Below are positions 39,380 through 49,706 of a stretch of 64,000 bases of DNA, piece by piece. A program made the position numbers and the translations under genes. This DNA is from Lama glama (taxonomy: Eukaryota): the NCBI GenBank assembly GCA_028534125.1, contig CM052818.1, positions 40,736,001 to 40,800,000 of the forward strand, in the 5' to 3' direction. Position 1 is the stretch's first letter. The number at the start of each line of letters is the position of its first letter. The notes beneath the pieces were generated by a model. The model ran no database searches. It saw only the letters and a list, made by a program, of their open reading frames with translations, and was not told the origin of the DNA.

Positions 39380-39660
39380 TAAGTCAGAAATGTATTTCTC
39401 ACAGTTCTGGAGAGTGGGAAGCCTAAGATCACAGTGCTGGCAGATATGGTGTCTAGTGAGAGCTGGCTTCCTCGTTTATAAACAGCTGACTTCTCCTCGA
39501 CGGCCTCACGTGATGTCTCACGTGATGAAGAAAGTAAGGTGGTCGGTGTCAAAACTGAATTGACTCATGGGACACCCAGTTGCTGTCCACAGAGAATCAG
39601 AGAATTGCTTACAGTGGCAAACCCACATATCTGGCGTCACAAGTGTTGTGACAATGAAAA
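39380..39660. mobile_element. MLT1 fragment (minus) followed by an MER21-like LTR fragment
   Basis: CAGAAATGTATTTCTCACAGTTCTGGAGAGTGGGAAGCCTAAGATCA, then GTCAAAACTGAATTG..GGACACCCAGTTGCTGTCCACAGAGAA. Confidence 0.65.
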
Positions 39661-40119
39661 ATCATTTATAAAAAGAGTGGGGGTGGGAAGACAAGGGACT
39701 AAACTGCCTGCCTCCCTGTGATTGGTTGGGTCAGGGTGTGCCATTTCCCAATAGGTCGAGCAGACACTTAGAAACGGAGCTCACCTGGGCCATCTCGTAG
39801 GTACCCCACATGGGAGGGCTGCCCACCGGGCCCAGGGACCCTGTCAGCAAGAGGCCCTGGCCTGGCGCTGGTCAGGAGCTGAGGAGGGAAGAGTTAGGTC
39901 TCCCATGTGCAAGGACTGAGCAGTGGGGAACCTGGGGTCCCATTAAAAACCCAGCCCCTAGGGAACACCGGAGCCATCAGTATAAGCCAGAGCAGCAGGG
40001 TGGCAGCGGGCAGGGAGAGGGCTGTATCCGTGCCCACTCAGGTAAAGACCAGCCCCCCCCATCCTTCCTCCAGCTCACAGCAGCGTGGGACAGTTGCTAC
40101 GGCACATCTGTTCCCAGTT

Positions 40120-40228
40120 CCACAGCCAGTCACTCCATATCAGTAGCTGAAATCAGCCATGGAGGGAAATGTACCCCCTGGAAATCTGTGAACATTACAA
40201 ATCTTTTCTAGGGAGCTGGTTGTTAAAC
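40120..40228 (-). mobile_element. MER63-like hAT-Blackjack end
   Basis: GCTGGTTGTTAAACGTTTAGCAGCACACCACTG terminus. Confidence 0.6.
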
Positions 40229-42243
40229 GTTTAGCAGCACACCACTGCCCCCTTGCCCCCTCCCTGCCCCAACACTCTACCGGGTTAAACACTAGACTTG
40301 GTGGCAGGAGAAGCAGAGGAAGAGAAAGAGGAGGGGGAGACCGTGCCCCACTCCCCACGCCACGCCCCTCGACATGACAATGGCCTAAAATGGGCAATTA
40401 CATATGAGGTCGCCCTCATGAACTGGACTAGACTGGACTAGTCCGAATGAAAGGAAATAGCCAGAGCCTGTGAAATCTGCCCAGGACATGGGAAGGGGCA
40501 GTGACTGCCCAGTGACTGAAGGCTGTTTATGCTCTTGAGTAGAGGGTCCTCAGAAAACCCGTTCCACCTGTCCACCAGGTAGAGCACCGAGCCCCAGATG
40601 GTGCTCAAAAGCACATTCACGAATCTATTTCCTAGTCCTCCCTGGCCACTGGGCCGCAGGTTAATCCTGGGTTAATCGCTTCCCTCTTGGGACTCCAGTG
40701 TCCACCCACCCCCACGTACGGAGGTGACCGGAGGGGGTGCTCTGTTCTCTCCTCTAACAGGGCAATGCCCCTCTGTGAATTATACACACACACGCAACAC
40801 ACAACACATACACACAGCCCCTACACACATACAAACACACACACACACACACATAACATACACTACACTCTGCAGGACCTGTCAGGTGGTTTTATTTGTT
40901 AAAAGCCAGGAAGTTTGAAATAAACCTGCAAACAGGTCATCACCCAATGGCCAATGTGCAACTTTTATTTCCCCAGGTCCTGCTTGGGCTTGAGGCTGAA
41001 GGGACCCAAAAGTGGAGCCGCCGGGGAGTGGAGAGAATGCTCTTCTCTAGGAGGGAGACCTCCCACGTATTGGGGCAGGGAGGAGAGAAAGGAAAACACA
41101 AGCATTTCATGTGTGTTGGGGTAGGGGGGTTGGGGTGGGGTTCTTTCGGGTTTTCTGTCTGTTTTTGCTGAACTGGCCATGGCTGTGGTCCTCTGTCAGT
41201 GGTCATGGCGCCTCCGGTTCCCACCAAAGGATGGTGATGCTCTGGGGTGACAGATGCCTGATGTGGGTCTCCCTGTTGGTGGGGATGAAGCGGGGAGCAT
41301 ATCTCAGTTCCTTCTAGGTCATTCGACTAACGCGGGAGCCTCCAGTCCAGGTTGTTGCGTCTTTCTTCCCCATCCCCCACTTCCTTCTGTAACTAGGGCC
41401 CCTCCCTGACAGACGCTCTCTGGGGGCAAACCTGGATGCCTCCGGGCCTCCGTGACATCCTGGAGGCCCACAGAAGTCTCGTGGCTCTCTCCAGGCCACA
41501 GGGGGACAACAGACGGTTTCCCCACCATCCCTCCCCAGGGCCCAGGGCCGGTCTGCAGCACCCCTGTTCAGCCAGGTACCCAGTCTCACCTCGCTCCGTC
41601 TCCTCCCTGAATCTCCTGGAGCCTCCCGCTCCTGACCTTCGGGGGACACTTGCCTCTGCCGAGGGACTCTGCCCTTCACTTTGGTTCCTAGAGATGCGTG
41701 GGAGCCACACCCTTCAGACCCGAGAATGCCTTCCTCAGTCCCAGCCTCACTTCGGCACTTCGCCTTCGCTAAATGGGACCAGCGAATGTTATAAAGGAGG
41801 GCTTACGGCGGTTTTATTTCAGTGAGGAGCCTTTCAGAAATTAAGATGGGCCAGGTCTCGCTCTGCACTCTGCGCTGAAGTTGTTCACCGGCATCTCTGC
41901 GGCGCCTCCTAAAAGCCATCGGAGGGGCTCAGGCTCCCCCCTGTGGCCGGCTCCTAACATTGCATCTGCACGAACCGCAGCATCCGAAATTTTAAATAGC
42001 CCAATCCCACGCGCAAAAATCCTCACCTCACCATTCTGTTGTATTTACTTCCAGCAGACTTTCCATGTGCACAGAAAGTATGAAGATCTATGTCCTCCTT
42101 TTACTTAACTGCCCAAGAAAATTTTATTTTGCTATTCTTGGGCATTTTTTAATGTAAAAAATTCATTGGGCAAAATCATGAAATAATTGCTAAAATACTG
42201 AGAAACGATCACTTACTTTACACTCAAGAGTTCTCTCTTTCTT

Positions 42244-42274
<31 letters not shown>

Positions 42275-42530
42275 ACACACACACAGGAAATCTATTTTTC
42301 CAAGTAGGAGTTGGAGGTGCAAGGGGAGAAAGGTGTTTGTTACACGTTTTCTTGAGCGTGTGTCCATAATTTGCCAGGTGCTTTTTACATGAGAATGTTA
42401 TGATGACACAGTAAATCCATATTTTACAGATTAAAAAAAACCCTCGGTTCAGAAGAGTTAACTAACTTGCCCAGGGTCACACAACTGCTGAGTGGCAAGA
42501 CCAGGAATCACTTTCACGACACCAGAGCCC

Positions 42531-43076
42531 TGTGATCACTGAGAAAGCAGAGTCCAGAGTAGAGCTTCCTCCTACCCCTGGAAATGACATCGGTCGGACG
42601 GCACCCACAATTTTTTGGATCAGGCTTACACATTCATCCCGAATGGCTCCAGCTCTCCCCCAATTCTCCCCAGATGGGCATTCACCCCGCCCTTAGGGCA
42701 CTCGGAGTATCCTTACCTCCTCCCTGACCTTGGAATGTACATCCTGCCCACGGATCCCACAGTGGGATCATTTCCAAGAACGCAGCCTTGAGAGAGCACT
42801 GTGTAGCTGAGACCATCTGGATGGTGTGCATGACTTAACCCAAGCCCTCTGTATAAACATTTAAACTTCCAGGGGGCGGGGACCTACTCATCTTGCAACT
42901 ACCCAAGACAAACGTGGTATGTAAGTTCCCTTGTTTATTCAATCTGCCACCTACCAATCTGGAGAGGTCCGCCCCCTTCTTTGGTCTCTCCCTGCCCTCC
43001 GTGCACAGGGGCCAGTTTCCAATCTCACATGACGGCCTGGGAGCTAGGTTACCAGGGGAGTGGGATGCCAACCACA
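42531..43076 (+). mobile_element. ERV solo LTR (family uncertain)
   Basis: LTR-like layout: TATAAA at ~42853, a decayed poly(A) region in TAAGTTCCCTTGTTTATTCAA, and a U5-like CTTCTTTGGTCTCTCC. Confidence 0.55.
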
Positions 43077-43383
43077 CGAGTAAGAGATGAACTATTTTGT
43101 TCACTGCCACATCCCTGGTCCCTAACACAATCGCTGCTAAATAGTGAGTAGGTTTCTTCATTAAAAGGGTCTTAACCCAGGACCTAGTCCTGCCATGAGG
43201 AATTCCTTCGTTCCCTGTTCATTCGCCTAGTTTGGGCCAAACATCTCACAGGCCTTTCTCGGCTACCCATGTAATTTACACATCTGACCAAAAGTGGCAG
43301 AATTTTTTTTTTAATTTGGAAAAATATATAGTCTTCCTCATCCTAGCTTTCCTTTCCTGCTCAGCAAAACCGAGACCTTGAAA

Positions 43384-43565
43384 TAGGGGCACAAAGTTTA
43401 GCAAATAAACATACAGAATGTTGTGTGAAATTGGAATTTCAGATAAACTATGGATCATGTTTTTACACTATGTGTGTCCCAAATATTGCAGATAATTGCA
43501 GTATTTCCCAGATTGTCTGAAATTCTCATCTAACAGGGCATCCTGTATTTTCTCTGGCAGCCCTA
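43384..43565. mobile_element. MER53 palindromic DNA transposon (MITE)
   Basis: TTTAGCAAATAAACATACAG..GAATTTCAGATAAAC on one arm and GTCTGAAATTC..GGGCATCCTGTATTTTCTCTGGCAGCCCTA on the other. Confidence 0.8.
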
Positions 43566-44372
43566 CTTGGGGGCCTCTCCTGGAGTGTTTGTGGAACATT
43601 CTGGCTGAGCTGGAAAGGGAAACCTTGGGAAGGAATCAGCAGATGGTGGGGGCCTCCTTGCAGGGCATCTGTCCCAGACCCTGCCTCATAGCTGGGAAAG
43701 GAGCAAGGGCCACTGAAATGGATTCACCTGGTGATTGCTGGCCCCACCGAGGACAGTTCCTTGCTGACAGGCCAAGCAGAAGGCAGAGCTTGTCTGTGGA
43801 AAATAAAGGCTGAGAAGCCAGGCTGGGCTTCTTGTTACGGTGGCTTTGTGTCTTGCTGTGAGGTGAGCGAGTCTCCCTGGATCCTGTCGGTCTGCAGCTG
43901 AGAGAGGTCACGGGACCTCAGGGTTCTGGGCTTTTTGACAATAGGAGTCAGAGTATTAGTCACTTCTCAATGTCTCCCACCCCCCAGCTCCTCTTTCTCA
44001 CACTGTTTGGTAAATTTCTCTCACCACCTCTCAAAGCAGAGAGAGGGGAAAGCATTGAAGTACAGACTTAGCGGTAGCATTTACGCAGTCTCTGATCACA
44101 GATTAATTCTTCTAGGAGCTTCGACTTTGAGACATGGGACCCCTGTTGCAGGTGATGGTGAGGTTTCTCTTGTCACCTGGGCACGGCAGGGCTAAGCATG
44201 ATATTCAGAGGCTCACTGCCCCCTTGTCTTTGCTTCCACACATGCAGATGGGGGCTTCCTGACTCTGGAGCATGTGGGAAGTGTCATGGAACGACCGTGG
44301 AGGACACAACACGGCAGAGACAGGTGTCTGGACTTCCAAAGGAGTCTCTTCACCTATTTAAATGTCTGCAAG

Positions 44373-44542
44373 ACTGCACATCCAATGGCTATATGGTAGT
44401 TACTGCAATGAAGCTGGAAGGAGTACCAGGCCAGTGTCCATCCGAATTTGCTTTACAAGACAAATGTCGCCAATCTGCAGTTGTTACCAGAACAGGTACG
44501 ACATTTATGTTCAGTGTGAACACTTGAAGAACCAGCAGAAAG
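44373..44542 (+). pseudogene. ZPAXP: ZPAX exon remnant A (ZP-N start)
   Basis: gcaag|AC TGC ACA TCC AAT GGC... reads (D)CTSNGYMVVTAMKLEGVPGQCPSEFALQDKCRQSAVVTRTGTTFMFSVNT*RTSRK|gtatga. TGA at 44525-44527 replaces the Cys of NTCGT. Phases 1 to 0. Confidence 0.85.
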
Positions 44543-44637
44543 GTATGACTTTCATTTTATTTTTTTACCGCAAGCCTGTATCTTGCCTGTTTTCAATGAG
44601 GATGATGCTCTATTCACAACTGTCTTCCCTGACATAG

Positions 44638-44702
44638 TTTGGAAATCACATCCTGACTTGTGAGGACCATGTTCTTTGCTTCAGACTTGATCCTGTGTAC
44701 CA
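44638..44702 (+). pseudogene. ZPAXP: ZPAX exon remnant B
   Basis: catag|TTT GGA... reads FGNHILTCEDHVLCFRLDPVY(Q), comparable to the ZP-N strand F...TYENEVLYFR...P.YQ. Phases 0 to 2. The donor reads GC (CA|gcagga). Confidence 0.7.
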
Positions 44703-44963
44703 GCAGGATGGTGTGCAGGGGAGGGGGAGACCAAAACAGAACAGAGATTGCTTTGGAAAGCTTTTATTTTGAGTTCTGCTTCTATGTAAGTAAAAGATTT
44801 TGATATTCCACCTCCTTTTTCTTCCCATCTGGAGTTTTGTGAAAAGCAGCAGAATAGGGGCTGGAGGTGAGGGAACTCCATTTTAAGCTTTGTAGCTAAT
44901 GACGCCTGATGATTCAAGGAGAGTTGTATCCTTTCTCAAGAGATACTGTTGTATGTTTCTTAG

Positions 44964-45073
44964 GCTGAAATGTGCATATAGTCACATTTCATTATGGACC
45001 AAAGAAGAGAAACCCATACCCAGGGTTGAGCCAGGACTTTGTCATGTTGCCCTGACCACAAAGTTGTCCAAAA
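44964..45073 (+). pseudogene. ZPAXP: ZPAX exon remnant C (end of ZP-N, linker, start of ZP-C)
   Basis: tttcttag|G CTG AAA TGT... reads LKCAYSHISLWTKEEKPIPRVEPGLCHVALTTKLSK|gtaagt. Phases 2 to 1. Confidence 0.8.
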
Positions 45074-46898
45074 GTAAGTTCTTCTTGGTTGTATGGAAAA
45101 ACATTTCATCTGTTGGCAACAGTGATACAAAAAAAATCAGCTGGACCTTATGTAACACTTCCTATCACTCTTACTTATGCCTGTTTTCTCATTTGTCCTT
45201 CAACCACCATAAGAGGCAGGCAAGAATTACTCCAGTTTTACCTGTCAGGAAACCAGGGCTTAACAAAAGTAAAACTGAATATTACAACAAATCACAGAAG
45301 AGAAGTGTTCTTAAAATGAACAGCTCTTATGAGTGAATGACTCACTGATATCAAATAAAAAGGTGGGTAAAGGATACATGTAATTTAACAAAAATACAAA
45401 CATTCTATATATAAAAATGTTTACCACTAGAAATTGGAAATACAGATTAAAAGTAAGTTACAATTTCTTACCTATAAAGTTAAAATACTTGGCAAAGTGG
45501 AGTCTATGTTGGCAAAGATGTGGTAAAACAGGTGCTATCAATATTGTTGCTGGTGATGAAAATTGTCATCATCTTTCCAGGATACAATGTGATTCAAGAA
45601 TGTGAATAGTTTATATCCTTACCCCTAGAAACATGTTGTAAGGAAATAAAATTTATTCAGACTCACATACAGATGTGGTCATCTCGATACCTATCAATGT
45701 AAATATATATACACTTATGGGTTGAAATAACTAATACTCTATGGTGAGACAGATAATATTCCAGAAAGAGGGGAAGAATATTCCAGAGACTGACTGACTG
45801 ATTTTTTTCACACTGAAACCTCTAAGAAAAAGGAAGTTATGGCACATCCAAGTGATAAAAAGTCTGAACAATGATATTAACTGTGTCTTAATGAGTCATT
45901 AGTCAAGTTGAGAAAGCAGTAAAAAGATGATGATAAAATAAAAGGAAATTGTAGATAAAACCTGAAAAATCTAGACAAAGTGTCCTCTGATTTCAAAATT
46001 TAATTTGAAATACTTGGCTTCTTTTCCTGACTTAGAAGGTGGCAAGTAATATGAAATATGAGATGTTCCTTTTTGAGTCCAGTCCTAAGAGAGACTAACT
46101 TTCAGTACAAGGTACATTAGAGGCAAAAATTCACTCAAACTCTTTGGGCACAGAGTGTGTATTAAGTATCGTCATCTACCAGGAATAAAGCCGTGCACAA
46201 AACAGAGCTTCTGCCCTCAGGGCCTATATTCATTTGGGAAGAACAAATGCAGGCATCACTGATTGCTCTAAGGAGACTGAAGGCTTGTAGTAACTACCTG
46301 GTGAGTCCCGTGTGGGGTGTGACAGTTACACTCCCTGAGGAGGTGGCGTTTGGATACAGACCTGAAAAGTAAGGCTCATCACAAAGAATCTGTGCTGACT
46401 ATTTCAAATACCTAGAAAACTAATTAATAAAGATGTTTCTGCCTAGAAGTTAGGAATTCAGCCAACTGAACTCATTCCCTATGATGACTTTTCTGAGAGC
46501 AAATTCCATCATGTCCTTGGCTCATGTTGAGAATCAATGTAAGATCATCACATCTTGTCATCTTCTAGGAAACTGCGTTTGAAGATCAAGCAATAAAATG
46601 AACTGGCCCTTCTAAGACCAATTCTTTTTAGCACTTAATGCCATAAACATTTTATTTTGTGAATTTTGTCTTCCAGGACTTTTATTCCCTGCCTTGACGG
46701 CTAGGAGGCTCCAAAGTGAACATTTTATTTACCTGGAATTAAATTACTCTCCCTCCTCTCAATAGATTTCACTATTCTTGTACTGTTTCAACAGCCTTTT
46801 ATTTATCTTGCCTCGTCAATATTTAAGATCAGCAAAATTCCTAATTTGGCATTAAGAGAGTACATAAAGTTAACCCTTCAAATCCATTTCCTCCGAAG

Positions 46899-47083
46899 AA
46901 CTAAGATACTGCTATTACTCTGTTCCTGGAGCATGCAAAGAATCCAATATCTGGGTAGCGAAGTTTGTTTTGTGAGAACTTCAGACAATGAGAAACATTT
47001 AAGACTGTACTCTTTGGATGGAGATCTGGACTTTAGTTATAAACATTAATTGATGCCTTCTAGCACTGGTCTTATATAATAAG
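46899..47083 (+). pseudogene. ZPAXP: ZPAX exon remnant D (ZP-C), frameshifted
   Basis: Pieces in different frames: LRYCYYS / IQYLGSEVCF...KHLRLYSLD / DAF*HWSYII. Compare ZP-C SY..Y....YPVVKYL...LYFEV...L.L.L.DCWAT...DS.P.W.I. TAG at 47061-47063. Phases 1 to 2. Confidence 0.6.
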
Positions 47084-47125
47084 GTCTCTCTTCTTCCTGC
47101 CCCAAACTTTTTTTTTTTCAATAAG

Positions 47126-47265
47126 CCATACAAATGCTGAAGATATCGCAGGAAACTGCCTGTCACCTTGTGAATGTAACTTTCCTAAAGTTTCCTTCCC
47201 ACCTGAGGCTAACTGAAGTAAAAATGTTTATCTTCATGAAGGAAGAAAGCACAGCATTGGAAGAA
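47126..47265 (+). pseudogene. ZPAXP: ZPAX exon remnant E (ZP-C)
   Basis: HTNAED, a +1 shift near 47145, then SQETACHLVNVTFLKFPSHLRLTEVKMFIFMKEESTALEE|gtgagt. Compare CEN.ED.Y.T.FH.V....KFP.H.KRFEV.MF.F. Phases 2 to 0. Confidence 0.8.
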
Positions 47266-47941
47266 GTGAGTGGGCTTTCCATTTATGACAATTTTCATAC
47301 TTGCTCAACTAGACTTATTCAGTATGCCAGTGGATAGATTGAAGGCCAGGTGAGTAAAATTAATTTAAGACTTAGATTTGTCCAGTTGTAAGTCAAACTT
47401 ATAGGACAAAAGAGAAGCCAGAATGAATGAGCAAGTCTTAATTCAAAATAGCTGTGGCGCTTTCTTTAACAAATGACCCCATCTAAAAAGCCACTGTCAT
47501 TACAAACCATGAGATAGACTTTGAATTGTCGTTTTATTTTAACTTACAATTTTCTTGACTCCAGATCACTCATGATAGGTCCGTGTTTGGCCATAAAGTC
47601 TTCTATCTAGAATAATCTATATTTTGGGAGTACCCCTACGAGCATTTGCATATTAAACTAAATAGTCTTTATATAAAACTGGTATCATTGTCTTCCAAAA
47701 TTTTAGAATCATTAGACCCAAAAGTTGAATTCTTTAATCTTTTGGAATTTCACTTAGCCTCTTCACCTTGATTTATTTAGCTAATATTGTCCAAGTTAAT
47801 GAGTCCATACTACAGAGCAGTATTAGACTGGCAGCCTTTATGTGGTAAGACCCAATAAATTCCATTGGAATTGCTGCCTTGCCAGAATGGTGCTTATGAT
47901 CCTGGCCAACTTTGCCAACAAATGCCTTTTAATTCTTGCAG

Positions 47942-48038
47942 CTTTGTTTCCACTATAGTGTGGTAATATGTGATGCCAAGGTGCCCACATCAGACCTGCT
48001 TTGTGCAAGAAAGTGCATTCCTGGCAAAGAAAGGTCTG
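47942..48038 (+). pseudogene. ZPAXP: ZPAX exon remnant F (end of ZP-C)
   Basis: ttcttgcag|CTT TGT TTC CAC... reads LCFHYSVVICDAKVPTSDLLCARKCIPGKERS(G)|gtgagc, the ZP-C terminal LYFHCSVVICD...C...C motif with the FHC Cys changed to Tyr. Phases 0 to 1. Confidence 0.88.
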
Positions 48039-48532
48039 GTGAGCCACTTCGGCAATATTTCACTCTAACCAGATTTGGTTCCACAAAGCCAAAGAAAGAC
48101 AGTTGGCCTATCAAATCATCTGAGTGATCTAACACAGATGTTTCTCTTCCCTGAGAAACTGGGATAGATATCATGTGGAAAACTGTTACAAATATGTGAT
48201 TATTGCCTAAGATAGGACAACATACATTCCTGTTATCTCCTATCTTATTTTGGTATAAAAGAAGTTTCAAGGAAGGATCTGACTTTTTATAAGAATCTGG
48301 ACTTCAGAGATCTGAACAAGAAGGGTGTGGAACCATCTTTTATAGAAGAAATACTTGTTTTCTGAAAAAGGAGAATCCAGAAACTATGGGCCATAAAAAT
48401 TGAAGCAATTTCCCTAAGGGGATACTTTAAAAAATAAACAAGCAGGCACTAGAAACTCAGCCAAAGACTAGAATCTTTTGAGAAGAATTTCCTTGGAATT
48501 ATATGCATGTTTCACCACTTATTTATCTACAG

Positions 48533-48600
48533 GAAGATGTGCTGGCTTATCCCACCCAAGAGAATCTCTCTTCCAGAGCCATCAACTCAGCCACTTCAAA
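48533..48600 (+). pseudogene. ZPAXP: ZPAX terminal exon remnant G (3' end approximate)
   Basis: ttatctacag|GA AGA TGT GCT reads (G)RCAGLSH, then LSSRAI in a shifted frame, resembling the post-cleavage VSSGPV/VSSGAV hydrophobic patch. Phase 1 matches exon F. Confidence 0.5.
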
Positions 48601-49287
48601 CACAAACTAAGCATCTTTTTACCCAGAAGTCAACGACACCTCTCCAAAACCATACTCTTATTTGTGTGATGGGTTTCTGAAGAGTCTAGACTTACAGTTT
48701 CTAATGTACACATGTGTGCATATGTAGCTTTCAAGCATTTTTGAACAGCATGATGAAGCTCCGTCTGGTCATTGGAAAGAGCCTTTCAGTGAGATCTCTT
48801 CCTTTCCTTCTTTGCTTCCACATGTCTTAAACCACATACTCAGTCATATTTAAAAATTAAGAATGATTTACATCTTGCTAAAGGTACAGGAATTGAGCTA
48901 ATCTTGGTCTTCTGCCGAAGACTTACTAAGTACCTGATATGAAGGAAGATCAGCTGAGCCCTGACCTGGACCCCCTCAAGGTGGGTCTGGAGGTTGGGGT
49001 GTCTGCACAATAATAGTGAGTAGAAAAATACAGTAAAGTGAAATGGACAAGCACTCAAACTGTATTTTTACAAAAATACACTGTCACATGACCCCTTGCT
49101 GCCTCCAGCGGTGGTTTGGAAATGCTCTGCATTCAATCCTCAGACACAGAAGAACCTGGACAAAGGCACAGAGGGGAGACCAGATATCCTGTGTAACTTC
49201 ATGTTGAGGGAGGGTCAGGGGTTGCTGCTGCCAGGGCCTCTGTCAGTGCTGGGCCACATTCAATCATCTGACAAATTACTGAGCACC

Positions 49288-49706
49288 TGTATTAGTCATG
49301 GTTCTCCAGAAAAACAGAACCAGTAGGATATATATGGAAAGAGAGAGAGAGAGAGAGGGAGAGATGAATTTATTTTAAGGAATTGGCTCCTGTGATTCAG
49401 AGGCTGGCAAGTCCAAAATCTGCAGGGAGGATCATCAGGCTGGAGGTCCAGGAAAGAGCTGATGCTTCAGTTCAAGTCATAAGGCCATCTGTGGGCCCAA
49501 GTCCCTCTTGCCCAGGAAGCCAATTCAGACCTTCGACTGATTAGATGAGGCTCACTCACATTATGGAGAGCAATGTGCTTTACTCAAAGTTTACCAATTT
49601 AAATGTTAGTTTTTGTCTAACAATATCCTCACAGAAACATCCAGAATAATTCTTAACCACACATCTGGGCATCACAGCCGAGACGATGCATAAAGTTAAC
49701 CATTGT
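49288..49706 (-). mobile_element. MLT2 (ERVL) solo LTR
   Basis: TGTATTAGTCATGGTTCTCCAGAAAAACAGAACCAGTAGGA, a (GA)n tract, TTATTTTAAGGAATTGGCTC, and end ..AAAGTTAACCAT. Confidence 0.85.

Larger units (their letters stand above)
44373..48600 (+). pseudogene. ZPAXP: ZPAX (zona pellucida glycoprotein AX) unitary pseudogene, 3' part covering the last ZP-N and the ZP-C domain
   Basis: Seven exon remnants with AG/GT-type borders and matching phases translate to ZP-domain motifs: CTSNG, FSVNT*RTSRK, KFPSHL..EVKMF.F and FHYSVVICD...C...CIPGK. They carry stops and frameshifts. The position next to MSGN1/KCNS3 agrees with the recalled human ZPAXP locus at 2p24.2. Confidence 0.85.

Noticed and set aside
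47560..48330. Minus-strand resemblance to an ancient L4/RTE-X LINE ORF2 (MWAP, RHLLAKL, ILARQQ)
   Set aside because: The same bases form a much better + strand ZP-C exon with proper splice sites and phases, so the LINE similarity is probably chance.
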